From NCBI GenBank assembly GCA_032718475.1, contig JAUCBJ010006397.1:21053-85052 (forward strand): a DNA stretch of 64,000 bases, in the 5' to 3' direction. This document shows positions 1-11,025 of the stretch, one piece after another. Source of the stretch: Nemertoderma westbladi (taxonomy: Eukaryota > Animalia > Xenacoelomorpha). Below the pieces are notes generated by a model. It saw nothing but the letters and a program-made list of their open reading frames with translations. It was not told the DNA's origin and did no database searches. Position 1 is the stretch's first letter, and each line of letters starts with the position of its first letter. Both the position numbers and the translations under genes were made by a program.

Positions 1-387
1 ACTTCGGAGAGGAAGGTTTTGCCGTTATCCAACGCAATTATCGGCCCGAAAAAATGGCGACAGCGGACAATCCGATTAATACAGCGCAACAAGTCAACCG
101 TCCACCAAAACAACAGATCGGTTGCTAAGCACCGGAGTATGGACCCGTTGCCATCGCTACGGGACACTTGCGCTGAGTCATCCAACATGGTTGCTATAGG
201 TTACATTCGCGAGGTTCGCGCTATCGTTATTAAACTCCAATGTTGCTTCTCCGACGTCAACGATGAGATTAAGTCGCTTCTCAAAGTCAAGGAATATATG
301 GAGAGATCTATGGAGCACATACGGAAGGATATTATGCTAAACGCCCGTAGCATAGAAATACGAACCGAGAGACCAGATAGAGAAAAG
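1..387 (+). CDS. CCDC105: CCDC105/TEKTL1 tektin-like coiled-coil protein, first visible exon (5' partial)
   Basis: Frame 1 is open from base 1 (TSERKVLPLSNAIIGPKKWR...DPLPSLRDTCA...RPDREK). Donor AAG|GTTAGA at 388, phase 0. Identity rests on the spliced product, especially the last two exons. Confidence 0.75.
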
Positions 388-729
388 GTTAGATCCAAAA
401 GTATACCTTTAAAACAACTAAGCAGTCCTTATCTATATGATGTGAACATATTCCAGGGCAAGAAACTCGTTATAAATCGCTTATTTAATACATCAATACT
501 ATATATACAAATAAAACAATATACCGGTACTCGATATAAAGACGTAACGGAAATTTTTTCCGCTCATTTTCTTTAGTAAAATAATAAGATATTTTGCCCT
601 CGTGTGTTGACATTTCCACGTTTACAATTTGTAATCAAAAAAGCGTTTTCCGCTTATTCTTTTTTTATCGAATACTAACAACTCACAACTGGGACGTCAC
701 TCATTATTGCGACCAATTGGTTGTTATAG

Positions 730-834
730 GAATGGGACGGTGCTGATGATTTATTGGTAAAAGAAAGAGAACTTCTGCTGCAACTTAAAATAGATCTGGA
801 AGACCAATACAAAGAAATTAAAGAAAAATTACAG
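730..834 (+). CDS. CCDC105: CCDC105 exon (EWDGADDLLVKERELLLQLKIDLEDQYKEIKEKLQ)
   Basis: Acceptor ttgttatag|, donor cag|gttaat; 105 nt, phase 0-0; heptad coiled-coil pattern. Confidence 0.75.
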
Positions 835-1278
835 GTTAATAATTATTATTCGATATTTTTATTATTGCCAAGAACTTACTATTAATTCAACCAAAATCGC
901 GCCCTTGAACGTTTCGCATACAAAACTATTAATTATTTTCTACTTACACCTAAACCGATTTTCAGTACCCAATGACTCAGTCCAGGCACATATTTTTAAT
1001 ATTATTTTATTAAATTGAACTATTTCCTTTTGATAATGATCACACTTTATTAAATTAATATTATTGCATAATTATGCCAAGTACTTCACCAGTCGAAACT
1101 ATGTAGTTACCATTGCAACTTCTTAAAAGTAGACTTATACGAATTGTAAGTTAATAAAGTTGGAGAAGATACAAAAATATTGTCAAGGACTGCCTGATAT
1201 TAAGATTAACTAAATATCAGCGATAAAAGGAGCAAATCTAGTAGCGCATCTTGTATATCGAGTTGAATTTAATTCCAG

Positions 1279-1516
1279 AAACTAGCCGCTTCAAGACAGC
1301 GTCTTCACGATATCCTAAGAGAAAGAATCCGTGTTCTAGAACTGACAAACATAGCATCGGCGAGCGTCAACAACGATTACAGTATGGAGTTACACCCAGC
1401 CTCGTGGCGAGGGTTGGTGAAACGGACGACTAGTCAGAGATCGCTTACCAGTAGGAGTCAGTATGACGGAAACATATTATCAGATTCCGCGCAAAACAGA
1501 CAAACATCACGTGAAG
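1279..1516 (+). CDS. CCDC105: CCDC105 exon (KLAASRQRLHDILRERIRVLEL...QTSRE)
   Basis: Acceptor aattccag|, donor gaag|gtaaag; 238 nt, phase 0-1; open frame. Confidence 0.7.
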
Positions 1517-1689
1517 GTAAAGATATTAATCAGTAATAATGTACTTCGCTCATCCCACCGACAAAATATTTATTGTCTGTTTCATTTCTCGGTATTCCTC
1601 CTTTCTATTACTTTCATGTCCATTACATTAATTTCCGTTCTATTACTTTACTTATCATTACTTTCCATTCCACTATCTTTACCATTACT

Positions 1690-2580
1690 TTACTTTCCAT
1701 TACTTACCATCCAATTACTCTCCATTCCATTACTTACCATCCAATTACTCTCCATTCCATTACTTACCATCCAATTACTCTCCATTCCATTACTTACCAT
1801 CCAATTACTCTCCATTCCATTACTTTCCATCCAATTACTCTCCATTCCATTACTTTCCATCCAATTACTCTCCATTCCATTACTTTCCATCCAATTACTC
1901 TCCATTCCATTACTTTCCATCCAATTACTCTCCATTCCATTACTTTCCATCCAATTATTCTCCATTCCATTACTTTCCATCCAATTACTCTCCATTCCAT
2001 TACTTTCCATCCAATTACTCTCCATTCCATTACTTTCCATCCAATTATTCTCCATTCCATTACTTTCCATCCAATTACTCTCCATTCCATTACTTTCCAT
2101 CCAATTACTCTCCATTCCATTACTTTCCATCCAATTATTCTCCATTCCATTACTTTCCATCCAATTACTCTCCATTCCATTACTTTCCATCCAATTATTC
2201 TCCATTCCATTACTTTCCATCCAATTACTCTCCATTCCATTACTTTCCATCCAATTACTCTCCATTCCATTACTTTCCATCCAATTATTCTCCATTCCAT
2301 TACTTTCCATCCAATTACTCTCCATTCCATTACTTTCCATCCAATTACTCTCCATTCCATTACTTTCCATCCAATTACTCTCCATTCCATTACTTTCCAT
2401 CCAATTACTCTCCATTCCATTACTTTCCATCCAATTACTCTCCATTCCATTACTTTCCATCCAATTACTCTCCATTCCATTACTTTCCATCCAATTATTC
2501 TCCATTCCATTACTTTCCATCCAATTACTCTCCATTCCATTACTTTCCATCCAATTACTCTCCATTCCATTACTTTCAAT
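1690..2580. repeat. 30-bp tandem satellite (CCATCCAATTACTCTCCATTCCATTACTTT)n, ~29-30 copies, intronic
   Basis: 30-nt periodicity is directly visible; degenerate CCATT-like flanks extend from ~1600 to ~2760. Confidence 0.97.
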
Positions 2581-3214
2581 TCCAGTTCCTTTCTTCCCCA
2601 TTTCCATTACTTTCCATTGCATTACATGCCTTTCTATTACATCCCCTTCAAATCATTTACATTCCATTCCATTATTTTCCATTCCACTACTCTCCTTTCC
2701 ATTCCATTAGGCCTACTGTCCATACCATTACTTTTCTTGCCATTACGGGCCTACTTTCCATTAAACTGCCTTTAAAATTTTTTACTTTTTTTACTTTAAA
2801 ACTTTTACAATTACTGTATACATTCACAATCCTAACCATCATCCATATCCTCCATCCACTTCTTCATCACATTCTCAGTTAAGATTTCAGTTACATAGCA
2901 TTTATAACTGCATGCTCATTAAAACCTGTGGGTAATGATATCACTGACTAAAATGGTAACATCCTACCGGGATCAAATGGTTAAGGTTATCCGTCGTCTA
3001 TCGAGAAGATTACGAACGTATTAGATAATAATATACTGTAGCAGTTGTTACTATAGGAACAAACGGGTTTTCGCGTGTCATTAACTTTTCCTACCGTACA
3101 AGCGGATACCAAGCCAAACTGGCCCAATCTGGGAGTGCCCTCACCGGACACACCGGACAATATACCATACGATAGGATGCTCAGGGGGGGGGGGGGGGGG
3201 AATAGTAACATATG

Positions 3215-3300
3215 ATAAACACCGGTAGCAACCCGAAGGCTCCTCTCTCTTGGTTGTTACCTATAAGGCAGGGAGGACGCAACACTAACTCCCAAGGTTG
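3215..3300 (+). repeat. Dispersed repeat segment, second copy at ~22238-22320
   Basis: gcaac...tcctctctcttg..tgttacct.taaggcagg.agg.....ctaac is shared by both loci. Confidence 0.55.
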
Positions 3301-3913
3301 CACACTCCAGTATTATCAGACCCTTTCTTTACTCTGCCAGCACAATCCTAGTTCCTATTGTACCAATGGGTATGGTAGAATGCCCGGGTGGGGGTGGTGA
3401 TAAATTGTAACACCGGTGCCGGTACTGTATGATGCTGTGTTCTGTAGAACATGCCGATAGCTTTCATGTGTTACTGTTTGTGCTTCATTAACTGTTTGCT
3501 GCGAGCCGAATGTTTAGAACTTCTTTCAGTCGGACATTCAATCGGTTAGATTTAAAATCTATATATAACTTTCGCGAGGTTCGGTTTTCTGGTATATAAT
3601 TCATTCATACCCGACACCCGTAGAAGTTTAGGATTTGTAGAATTAATTTAGTTATCGACTCGGCGTGAAGTCTTAACTTCCGAGTTTGTAAGGTTTAGTG
3701 TCTCCCCATCATTTTGGGAGGTTATAATGTTGTTTCTGGACCCAACAATGTTTATACAGGTAATATGTAATAAATGTTTCTACCTATTTGAAATAAACTA
3801 ATTAATTAAAACAATATACTTCAATTAGTTATTAATAATTAATATCCACCAGAATGTACCCACGAGAGAACGCCTGTAAGGTCCACTATATTTATAAAAT
3901 TAACGATATTCAG

Positions 3914-4050
3914 GTGATATTTCTCGACAACAGCAGCTGATGAGGACCGGATGTTATTTGGGACGGACGATGAAAGGAGAGGAACGACCCACTACACCTC
4001 CTATAGACCCATTGGGACCCCTAACTCCAGAATGCGACCACGCAATCAAG
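3914..4050 (+). CDS. CCDC105: CCDC105 exon (..DISRQQQ...PPIDPLGPLTPECDHAIK)
   Basis: Acceptor attcag|, donor aag|gtaaca; 137 nt, phase 1-0, compatible with both neighbours. DPLGPxTPEC resembles the CCDC105 family motif. Confidence 0.7.
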
Positions 4051-4169
4051 GTAACAACTGAATTTAATTTAACGATTTTTATGAATCTTTTTTAATACAA
4101 TTAATTAATACCAAAGAATTTATGTTAATGATCAATAAATTGATGCAATATGAATTATTATTATCAATA

Positions 4170-4913
4170 CACTATATGACCCGCAATACCCAATATAGTG
4201 TCATTTTCGCTTCTCTTTTCGCTTCTCGTGTCTTTTGCGAAATAGCACGCTCCAAATCGCGCCCATTCTTAAAATTAGTCGTAATTTTTCATATAATTAG
4301 AAAGCTTACGTTTCAAGGATTTCAAATATGTAACAATATCTGAATTTCGTTGAGAAACAGCTGAGATATAGGCGTTCAAAGATTGCAAGGAGTATATTTA
4401 TTCTATTTAATAAATACACAATGTTCTGGAACATTTTGTTTTAGTATGAATAGCTACACAAAAGATCTATTGGATAGGCATTCCGCTGTTGCCCACCTAC
4501 TTATATGTTCCAGAATATTGTGTATTTATTAAATATAATAAATGGCTTGCAGCGAACAATCATTCTTGCAATATTTGAACGCATAATATATATCAGGTGT
4601 TTCTTAACAAAAACTGTTACATATTTGGAATCCTCGCAACGCAAACTTTCTATTGATATGAAAAAAATTACGACTAATGTGAAGAATACGGAGGGTGCGA
4701 TTTCGAAATTTAAAACGCTTATAAAAAAAATTTAAAGGCAAAATCGAACGAAAATTCCGTCTTCATGTTAACAACCACGATGACTTGAACTAATTGTTTC
4801 AAATTAAAAGCAATATGCTAAAGATTTGTAGCAAAACTTTCTTTTTTTTGGGGGGGGGGGGGGGGGGGGGGGGGGGTGTCATAAAAAATGACACTATATT
4901 ACGGGTCATGGTG
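4170..4913. mobile_element. Non-autonomous TA-flanked MITE (Tc1/mariner-like) with internal palindrome
   Basis: TIRs CAC(..)ATGACCCG(C/T)AATA..TAGTGTCATTTT at both ends with flanking TA; internal inverted arms; poly-G near the right end. Related copies at 18796-19444 and ~17690-17795. Confidence 0.7.
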
Positions 4914-5131
4914 TATAATTTGAACACATTGGAATTGTTCGTTACCTAGGATTAGCACTACTCGTTCAATATTAAATAATAATAATATTTTACACAATAG
5001 TAACCATGATAGAAGCTCTGGAGTAAATATGCTACCGTATGATCACCCATGTAACTTTGTATGCAATAATAATATCTACAATTATATGTCGCATATAATT
5101 AATTGACGATTCTCCAATATTTTCTTATATT

Positions 5132-6625
5132 TTACACATTTTCAATGTTCCAGCCGAGTTGCAATTTGCTGCGCAGTATTTCTTTAGTCTTGATATGTTT
5201 CTTGGCCGTCTCAACTTCATCTAGAACATTCTTTCCAGACAATGCCACCACGTTGTCACTGGTTTCGTTAGCGTTGACAGCAACAGCTGACAACTCAGAT
5301 GGCTTATACAGATGTTGGTTTTTCCCCCTACTAAAATTGTGAAACTTCATTCTTAGTTCATCGTTAACAATGGCGCTGTTTTCTCTTGTCTTAACGTCTG
5401 GATATATTAATCTATCTGCGAGGATTCCGTCTGCGTCTACTGAATCCTCTCGAACTTGATCCGAACGAATATTATCCGAATCGGATTTAATGAGAACTGC
5501 GAGATTGGTGTTGGTATCGTGAGCAGTGTTTACAACCGCATTTGTCTTCATCTGCATTATCTTTTCGTTGAGAACATTCTGTAGTTCTTCCTGACATATC
5601 CCTGGCAGCATCACTCCATATTTCATACCCAAGTGTTTCGTAGCGCCCCCAGCGACCTGACACGATAACGGGGTAGTTTCCCGTTGGTAGACAACCGGCT
5701 CCAGCAACCCCGAACATGCCTGTCCACCATCGCTACGCTCTTCCATCATCTTTATATGATTGACATTAATTTTCCCCTCCACACCGGCGACTCTGCAGAC
5801 CCAAGTCTCATCCGATCGCCTGTCAATCACCTCAACAACTTCGCCGCCCCGGAAATTAAGATACCCGACACTTAGGTCTCCATAGAAACTGCACGCCGTG
5901 ACGAATGTCGGCGTTTTATGACTTTCAACGAGCTTCACATTAGACTCTAGCTCCTGTCTGTTTTCCACGTAATCACTAGGGCTGGTGTCATTTTCTAGTC
6001 GGAAGGGCTTGTGTACTGTAATAGACCCATCGTCGATAATATCTATCTTTTTATTTGTTAACTCAGGATCATCATTGGCCACTCGGAACACTTTACTATC
6101 CAAACCGTCCTCCACCTTATCTAAATACACGGCCTGCACGAAGCCTTGTTTGACCCATCCGTACTCATCTTTGATTCTAGCTAACCACCAACCCATAACA
6201 TTCTTCTCCATCACTTTGATTTGGTCCCCTTTCTTCACCTGTAGTTCCCAGATGTAGTTGGAGAGTTTGTAGTCCTCGGCTACCACGTAGGTTTCCTCCT
6301 GTCCGGCTTCGTAGCGGATAGTTAGCTCCTGGTACGGCGGTCCGCCGTTCTCGTACCGGTAACGACCTCCTACAGCCCCGTAACCGCCAACAGCGACCTT
6401 CTGGAAATCTCCGAATTTGTCTTTCTTCAGTATCTCCACCGTATCACCGAAACTTTTATCATCGTTATGAGTTTCAACAACAGTTTTATGTTGTTTAGTT
6501 GTTTCTAACTTCTCGTTTGCGTCATTGGTTGCAATAACCTTGGCTTTTTCGTCGTCCCTCACTATGAGACACGCTTTCTCGAATTCTATACTTGTTTGAG
6601 TTTCGATCCTTCTGCTATGCAACAT
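5132..6625 (-). CDS. Single-exon protein with two SH3 domains (~497 aa), nested antisense in a CCDC105 intron
   Basis: Long ORF, first ATG at 6625. SH3-1: YVVAEDY...ELQVKKGDQIKVMEKNVMGWWLAR...GWV. SH3-2: FVTACSF...LNFRGGEVVEVIDRRSDETW...GKINVNHIK. Confidence 0.75.
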   Translation of the reverse strand: MLHSRRIETQTSIEFEKACLIVRDDEKAKVIATNDANEKLETTKQHKTVVETHNDDKSFGDTVEILKKDKFGDFQKVAVGGYGAVGGRYRYENGGPPYQELTIRYEAGQEETYVVAEDYKLSNYIWELQVKKGDQIKVMEKNVMGWWLARIKDEYGWVKQGFVQAVYLDKVEDGLDSKVFRVANDDPELTNKKIDIIDDGSITVHKPFRLENDTSPSDYVENRQELESNVKLVESHKTPTFVTACSFYGDLSVGYLNFRGGEVVEVIDRRSDETWVCRVAGVEGKINVNHIKMMEERSDGGQACSGLLEPVVYQRETTPLSCQVAGGATKHLGMKYGVMLPGICQEELQNVLNEKIMQMKTNAVVNTAHDTNTNLAVLIKSDSDNIRSDQVREDSVDADGILADRLIYPDVKTRENSAIVNDELRMKFHNFSRGKNQHLYKPSELSAVAVNANETSDNVVALSGKNVLDEVETAKKHIKTKEILRSKLQLGWNIENV

Positions 6626-7635
6626 GTTGTAAGTTTTCAGCAAGTAAAATTATTTATTAACAAAACAAATTAACAATTGTTACAACCAAAAATTTATTCA
6701 TAAATATATTTCCTACTTCAGTTTAAGCTTGTTCCTTTATTGTAGTTAATAAGAGTTAATAAGTATCTCTTAAAATCGTTTCAATACGTTACGGCCAATA
6801 ATATGGTTATTGTGTTAGTGAACAACATGTACGACATTTACTAGTTCAAGAGTTGAATGAATGTACAGATAGGGAATGAGGTCATTGTTCTTTCCAATTA
6901 AAATTAAGTGACAACAATCATCTGTTTGCTACGAATAGTCAATTAGTTTGTATATTGGCTTTGGCAAACGTGAACTGATTATGTTACTGGTTTAAACATC
7001 GCGTTGGATTAATATTAGTTTTTGAATGATTTCCTTGTAATTAAAAGTTATCTAACTTAACAACAAACACCCAATATTACTTATCTCTCTCTACCACGGT
7101 GTGAAAATTTGGAGTGCAGCACAGGGCCGAGTCTAGTAACACTGGAGTGAAGTGAGGTTAGTGTTGTATTTCTGAAAAGGAGAATGGTTTTATAACATTA
7201 TAATTAGTTATATTGAGTGAAATACGACGTGAAATAAAGTAAACTCAATGATGAGCTATATGGGGTACTATAAATCACGTCGTGAAATAAAGTAATAGTA
7301 TTCTTTCAGTATTGTACCCTATTCTACGGTCACGCTGAGGTAGACCTAACAGTAACTCATTCATAACACGATACAAACCGCACAAGATACGTAGGTCGTT
7401 ACCGGTACCATACCGTGGACAGGGCCAGTGTCACTCACACTGTCGCTGCCCCGGCAAAATAAATACGAAATTTAATCCCCAAATGTTGAGTTTTGAAAAC
7501 AGAAATGAAAACAGTTTGAAAATTACAGGAGGGACTTACGGTGGGCACACAGCCAGAGTGAAAGTAAGTGTGAGTAAGTAAGTGAGTGAAAGTAAAGTCG
7601 AAAGTGAGTAAGTGAGAAAGTGAGTAAGAAAGTGA

Positions 7636-8165
7636 GTAAAGTAAAGTAAAGTAAAGTAAAGTAAAGTAAAGTAAAGTAAAGTAAAGTAAAGTAAAGTAAA
7701 GTAAAGTAAAGTAAAGTAAAGTAAAGTAAAGTAAAGTAAAGTAAAGTAAAGTAAAGTAAAGTAAAGTAAAGTAAAGTAAAGTAAAGTAAAGTAAAGTAAA
7801 GTAAAGTAAAGTAAAGTAAAGTAAAGTAAAGTAAAGTAAAGTAAAGTAAAGTAAAGTAAAGTAAAGTAAAGTAAAGTAAAGTAAAGTAAAGTAAAGTAAA
7901 GTAAAGTAAAGTAAAGTAAAGTAAAGTAAAGTAAAGTAAAGTAAAGTAAAGTAAAGTAAAGTAAAGTAAAGTAAAGTAAAGTAAAGTAAAGTAAAGTAAA
8001 GTAAAGTAAAGTAAAGTAAAGTAAAGTAAAGTAAAGTAAAGTAAAGTAAAGTAAAGTAAAGTAAAGTAAAGTAAAGTAAAGTAAAGTAAAGTAAAGTAAA
8101 GTAAAGTAAAGTAAAGTAAAGTAAAGTAAAGTAAAGTAAAGTAAAGTAAAGTAAAGTAAAGTAAA
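7636..8165. repeat. (GTAAA)n microsatellite, ~106 perfect copies
   Basis: 530 nt of uninterrupted pentamer; degenerate GTGA/GTAA flank at 7558-7635. Confidence 0.99.
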
Positions 8166-8166
8166 G

Positions 8167-9530
8167 TCTCTCAGTTTATAAATCGGATGGCAAGTGAGAT
8201 TAGGATTAATAATATTACTGCACGTTGTAAATCTGGTTGCAGTCACGGGTTTACTTGTAATACGCCTACGCATTTCAGTAAATGTATTCGGTACGTCATA
8301 TTTTATTGCACTTTGTAAGATCCTATAACCTGGAGTATTATACTCTTTAGATACACGGTATATACGGTGGAATGGTATCTCTAGATCAGTATTATTAAAC
8401 ACTTTTCCCAAAAAGCTTTCCTACTTTTATAAACACGGTCTTTTACTGTTAACGTTCCTAATTCTAATAGACATAAATCAATCGGTATTTGTGAGCGGAC
8501 GTTTAAAAGTATACGCACCATCCTACTGTACACTGACTCAACTGATGCAACATTATCAGATAACCAACTTTCTGAGCTGTACTATAAAATCTTAGACACA
8601 ATTGCAGCTTCAAAAACTTGCCTCTTGAAAATGAACGGCATAGAGGAGTTTTTCCTAGAAAAAATACAAAACTTATTAAATATATGTTATAGTACATTAT
8701 GATAATGATCTCCATAGCGAAAAATATCAACCACCCCTATTGGGGCTCGAACCCGGTACCTAGGTTTCAAAATTCCGGTTATCATCAGCCGAGTGTGGGT
8801 CCTAAGACCACTGAGCTACCAGGGCGGTAGAAGATTTATTCGCTTTGGAATGGGCTCTCATATTTAGGCCCTTTTCAGTCACTCATAGGAAAGTACAACG
8901 TTATTCCCGTGCTCTGCCAGAAATGGCAACCATGCCTCAAATAATAACTATTATACAGTGTTGTAGAAACCACTGTAACCCCCTACCTTTACAGCATTAT
9001 TCATCATATCAATTAAGTGATAAGAGCAAAATAGAAAAATTGAAGTGGGCGCCCCCTGGCGGATACCTATAGTACCAACTATACAAATCGATTTAAAGAC
9101 ACTAAAAGTTGACGAATAAAGTAATTTAATAGCCCTTAACATCACTTTACCACACCCTAGGTTTTTGAAACGGTTCAACATACGGTCTCTAGGTCCAAAT
9201 CATAGGCTTTCCTGAAATCAATGAACAGTACGTACAATTTTACTTTCCTATATACATCCAAATCCAATAATAAACGCAAAGATAAGATGTGCTCTATGCA
9301 ACCCCGCCCCTTCTTACCCCAGGCTTGACATTTATTCGGCTGAAACCACCGATTCGACCTGTCAGCTATCATTATATCAAATATCTTTGCACAAGTAGTC
9401 AACAGGCTTAATCCCCGGTAGTTCTCACATAAATTCCTATTACCACAGTTTTTATATATAGCGACCAATATACTTAGTAACCAAGATATCGGTAAACAAC
9501 CTACTTGGAAAACTATATTAAACAAAGTGA
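8167..9530 (-). mobile_element. Decayed non-LTR retrotransposon (RT and post-RT region), frameshifted
   Basis: NYRGLSLL...GRGCIEHILSLR...FIDFRKAYD (9175-9525), GIRQGAPTS (8951-9181), and post-RT ESW...RILLNVR...LELG...INPNL (8170-8610). Confidence 0.85.
8731..8828 (-). ncRNA. tRNA-like SINE head containing a minimal type I hammerhead ribozyme motif (8751-8794)
   Basis: Minus strand: A box TAGCTCAGTGG ... ACTCGG-CTGATGA-TAACCGGAATTTT-GAAAC-CTAG-GTA^CCGGGT, then B box GGTTCGAGCCC. Confidence 0.6.
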
Positions 9531-11025
9531 GGAAATCAGTAACCAGATCCTGGCTACGAACAAAATAACCCTGGCATACATGACATAAAAAACTGTCTAT
9601 TTACATTTTCAAATTAATATTTTTATATAAAATAACGATTTTCAGTTGACCATTTGCAACAGTTTTCTGTATCACACAAAAAATATTTAGCCCCACTTTT
9701 CACGGCAAAGTTTCCCAGAAAGTGAAACTTTATGTTGTCACTGGATTAAAAATTTCATCCGTGATATAATTTAAAAATTTTTTCTCACTAGAAAACTTTC
9801 CACTTCCCTCTGATATATCTTGCCGGACACCTCAATACCACCATTAAACGACTGTTACTTCAAATTTTTAAGAATTATGGACATAAAACACGAAAAAAAT
9901 ATTTAAAATTTCCCATAGGTGACATAAATTTTTAGTCATTTTTTGCATCCCGGAACGTTTCTCTCAATAACGGCCAATAATGTTTTGGGGCACTTTCTGG
10001 TTTCATATGCAGAAATTATCGCTCTTTCTAACCATCACTATGGCAAATTCTCAAAGTTAATTTCAAAATTCAACAAATCTCAAAAATCACGAACGGGACA
10101 TTATTGGTCAGGTTGGCATTGACCCGTTTTATTGTGGCATCACATGGCAATAATATTTAGTGAGTGTGAATAAGAAATAACTCTGTAAAGTACTTTGCGA
10201 CAAGTTTTTATTCCAAATTATTACTATTCACGAAAAAAACCTTATACGGAACTTTTGTTGCAAAAAATGTATAAACTACACCGGTACAGTCTGCTTGTTA
10301 GTGTGGGGTGCAGTCTGTTACATACGTATATCCGTCACACCACCATGTTACATAGCAGACGCAGCAGCAACTTTTTAACGATTAAATGCTCGTTTATAAA
10401 GTTCAGTTTATAAGTCGACTTTGAACTGTTTGTATCTGTTGCCGTTCTAAGGTTTAGGGGGGGGGGCTATTGAAAACCACTGGCACCGCATTAATAAAGC
10501 ATCTAGCTCCAAAGCTGACAGAAAATTTCGGCTTTCACTAACTTTTAGTTTATGACTGATCTGTGTTCAACCACATTATTTGGAGTAATTCAAACTGTCC
10601 AGCGATGTTTAACTTAATTCGTGAGTATTACAAGTTACACCAGGAGCTAAATGTATACTTCAATAACTGCGTTATTGTGCACCTAAAAATAATACTGCTT
10701 TAATTTTTCCTTCTTATTTGACTTCTGATAACCAAAAACTTATAGGCCTATTCTTTAAACAAGTGATTCCTTCTTAGAGGCTTCTGTTATGGTAAAATAT
10801 AAGCAAAATCACTTTTCCGGAAAATCCCTTAAAGAAACACATTTCCGGAAACTCCCATCGTTATTCCAGATGAATAAATTCATAAATAATAAAATATTTA
10901 TTAATTTTATGAACCCAATTGTCCTGTTATGTCAAATAAACTGAGTTAATAAAATATAAGTTATATAATAATTAATACATTATTATTATAATTATGGTTG
11001 AACTGATACACCAACGGTTAATTAA

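Noticed and set aside
388-576. 3' part of ORF 19-576
   Set aside because: Read-through into the intron after the donor at 388.
1463-2775. Long ORFs of 261-415 aa on both strands
   Set aside because: Stop-free frames produced by the 30-bp satellite; the region is intronic apart from the exon end at 1516.
3853-3880. Possible CCDC105 micro-exon (ccag|aatgtacc...)
   Set aside because: It would leave an implausibly short intron before 3914, and phases already match without it.
7536-8411. 291-aa ORF with poly-FTLLY
   Set aside because: A LINE remnant reading into the (TTTAC)n microsatellite.
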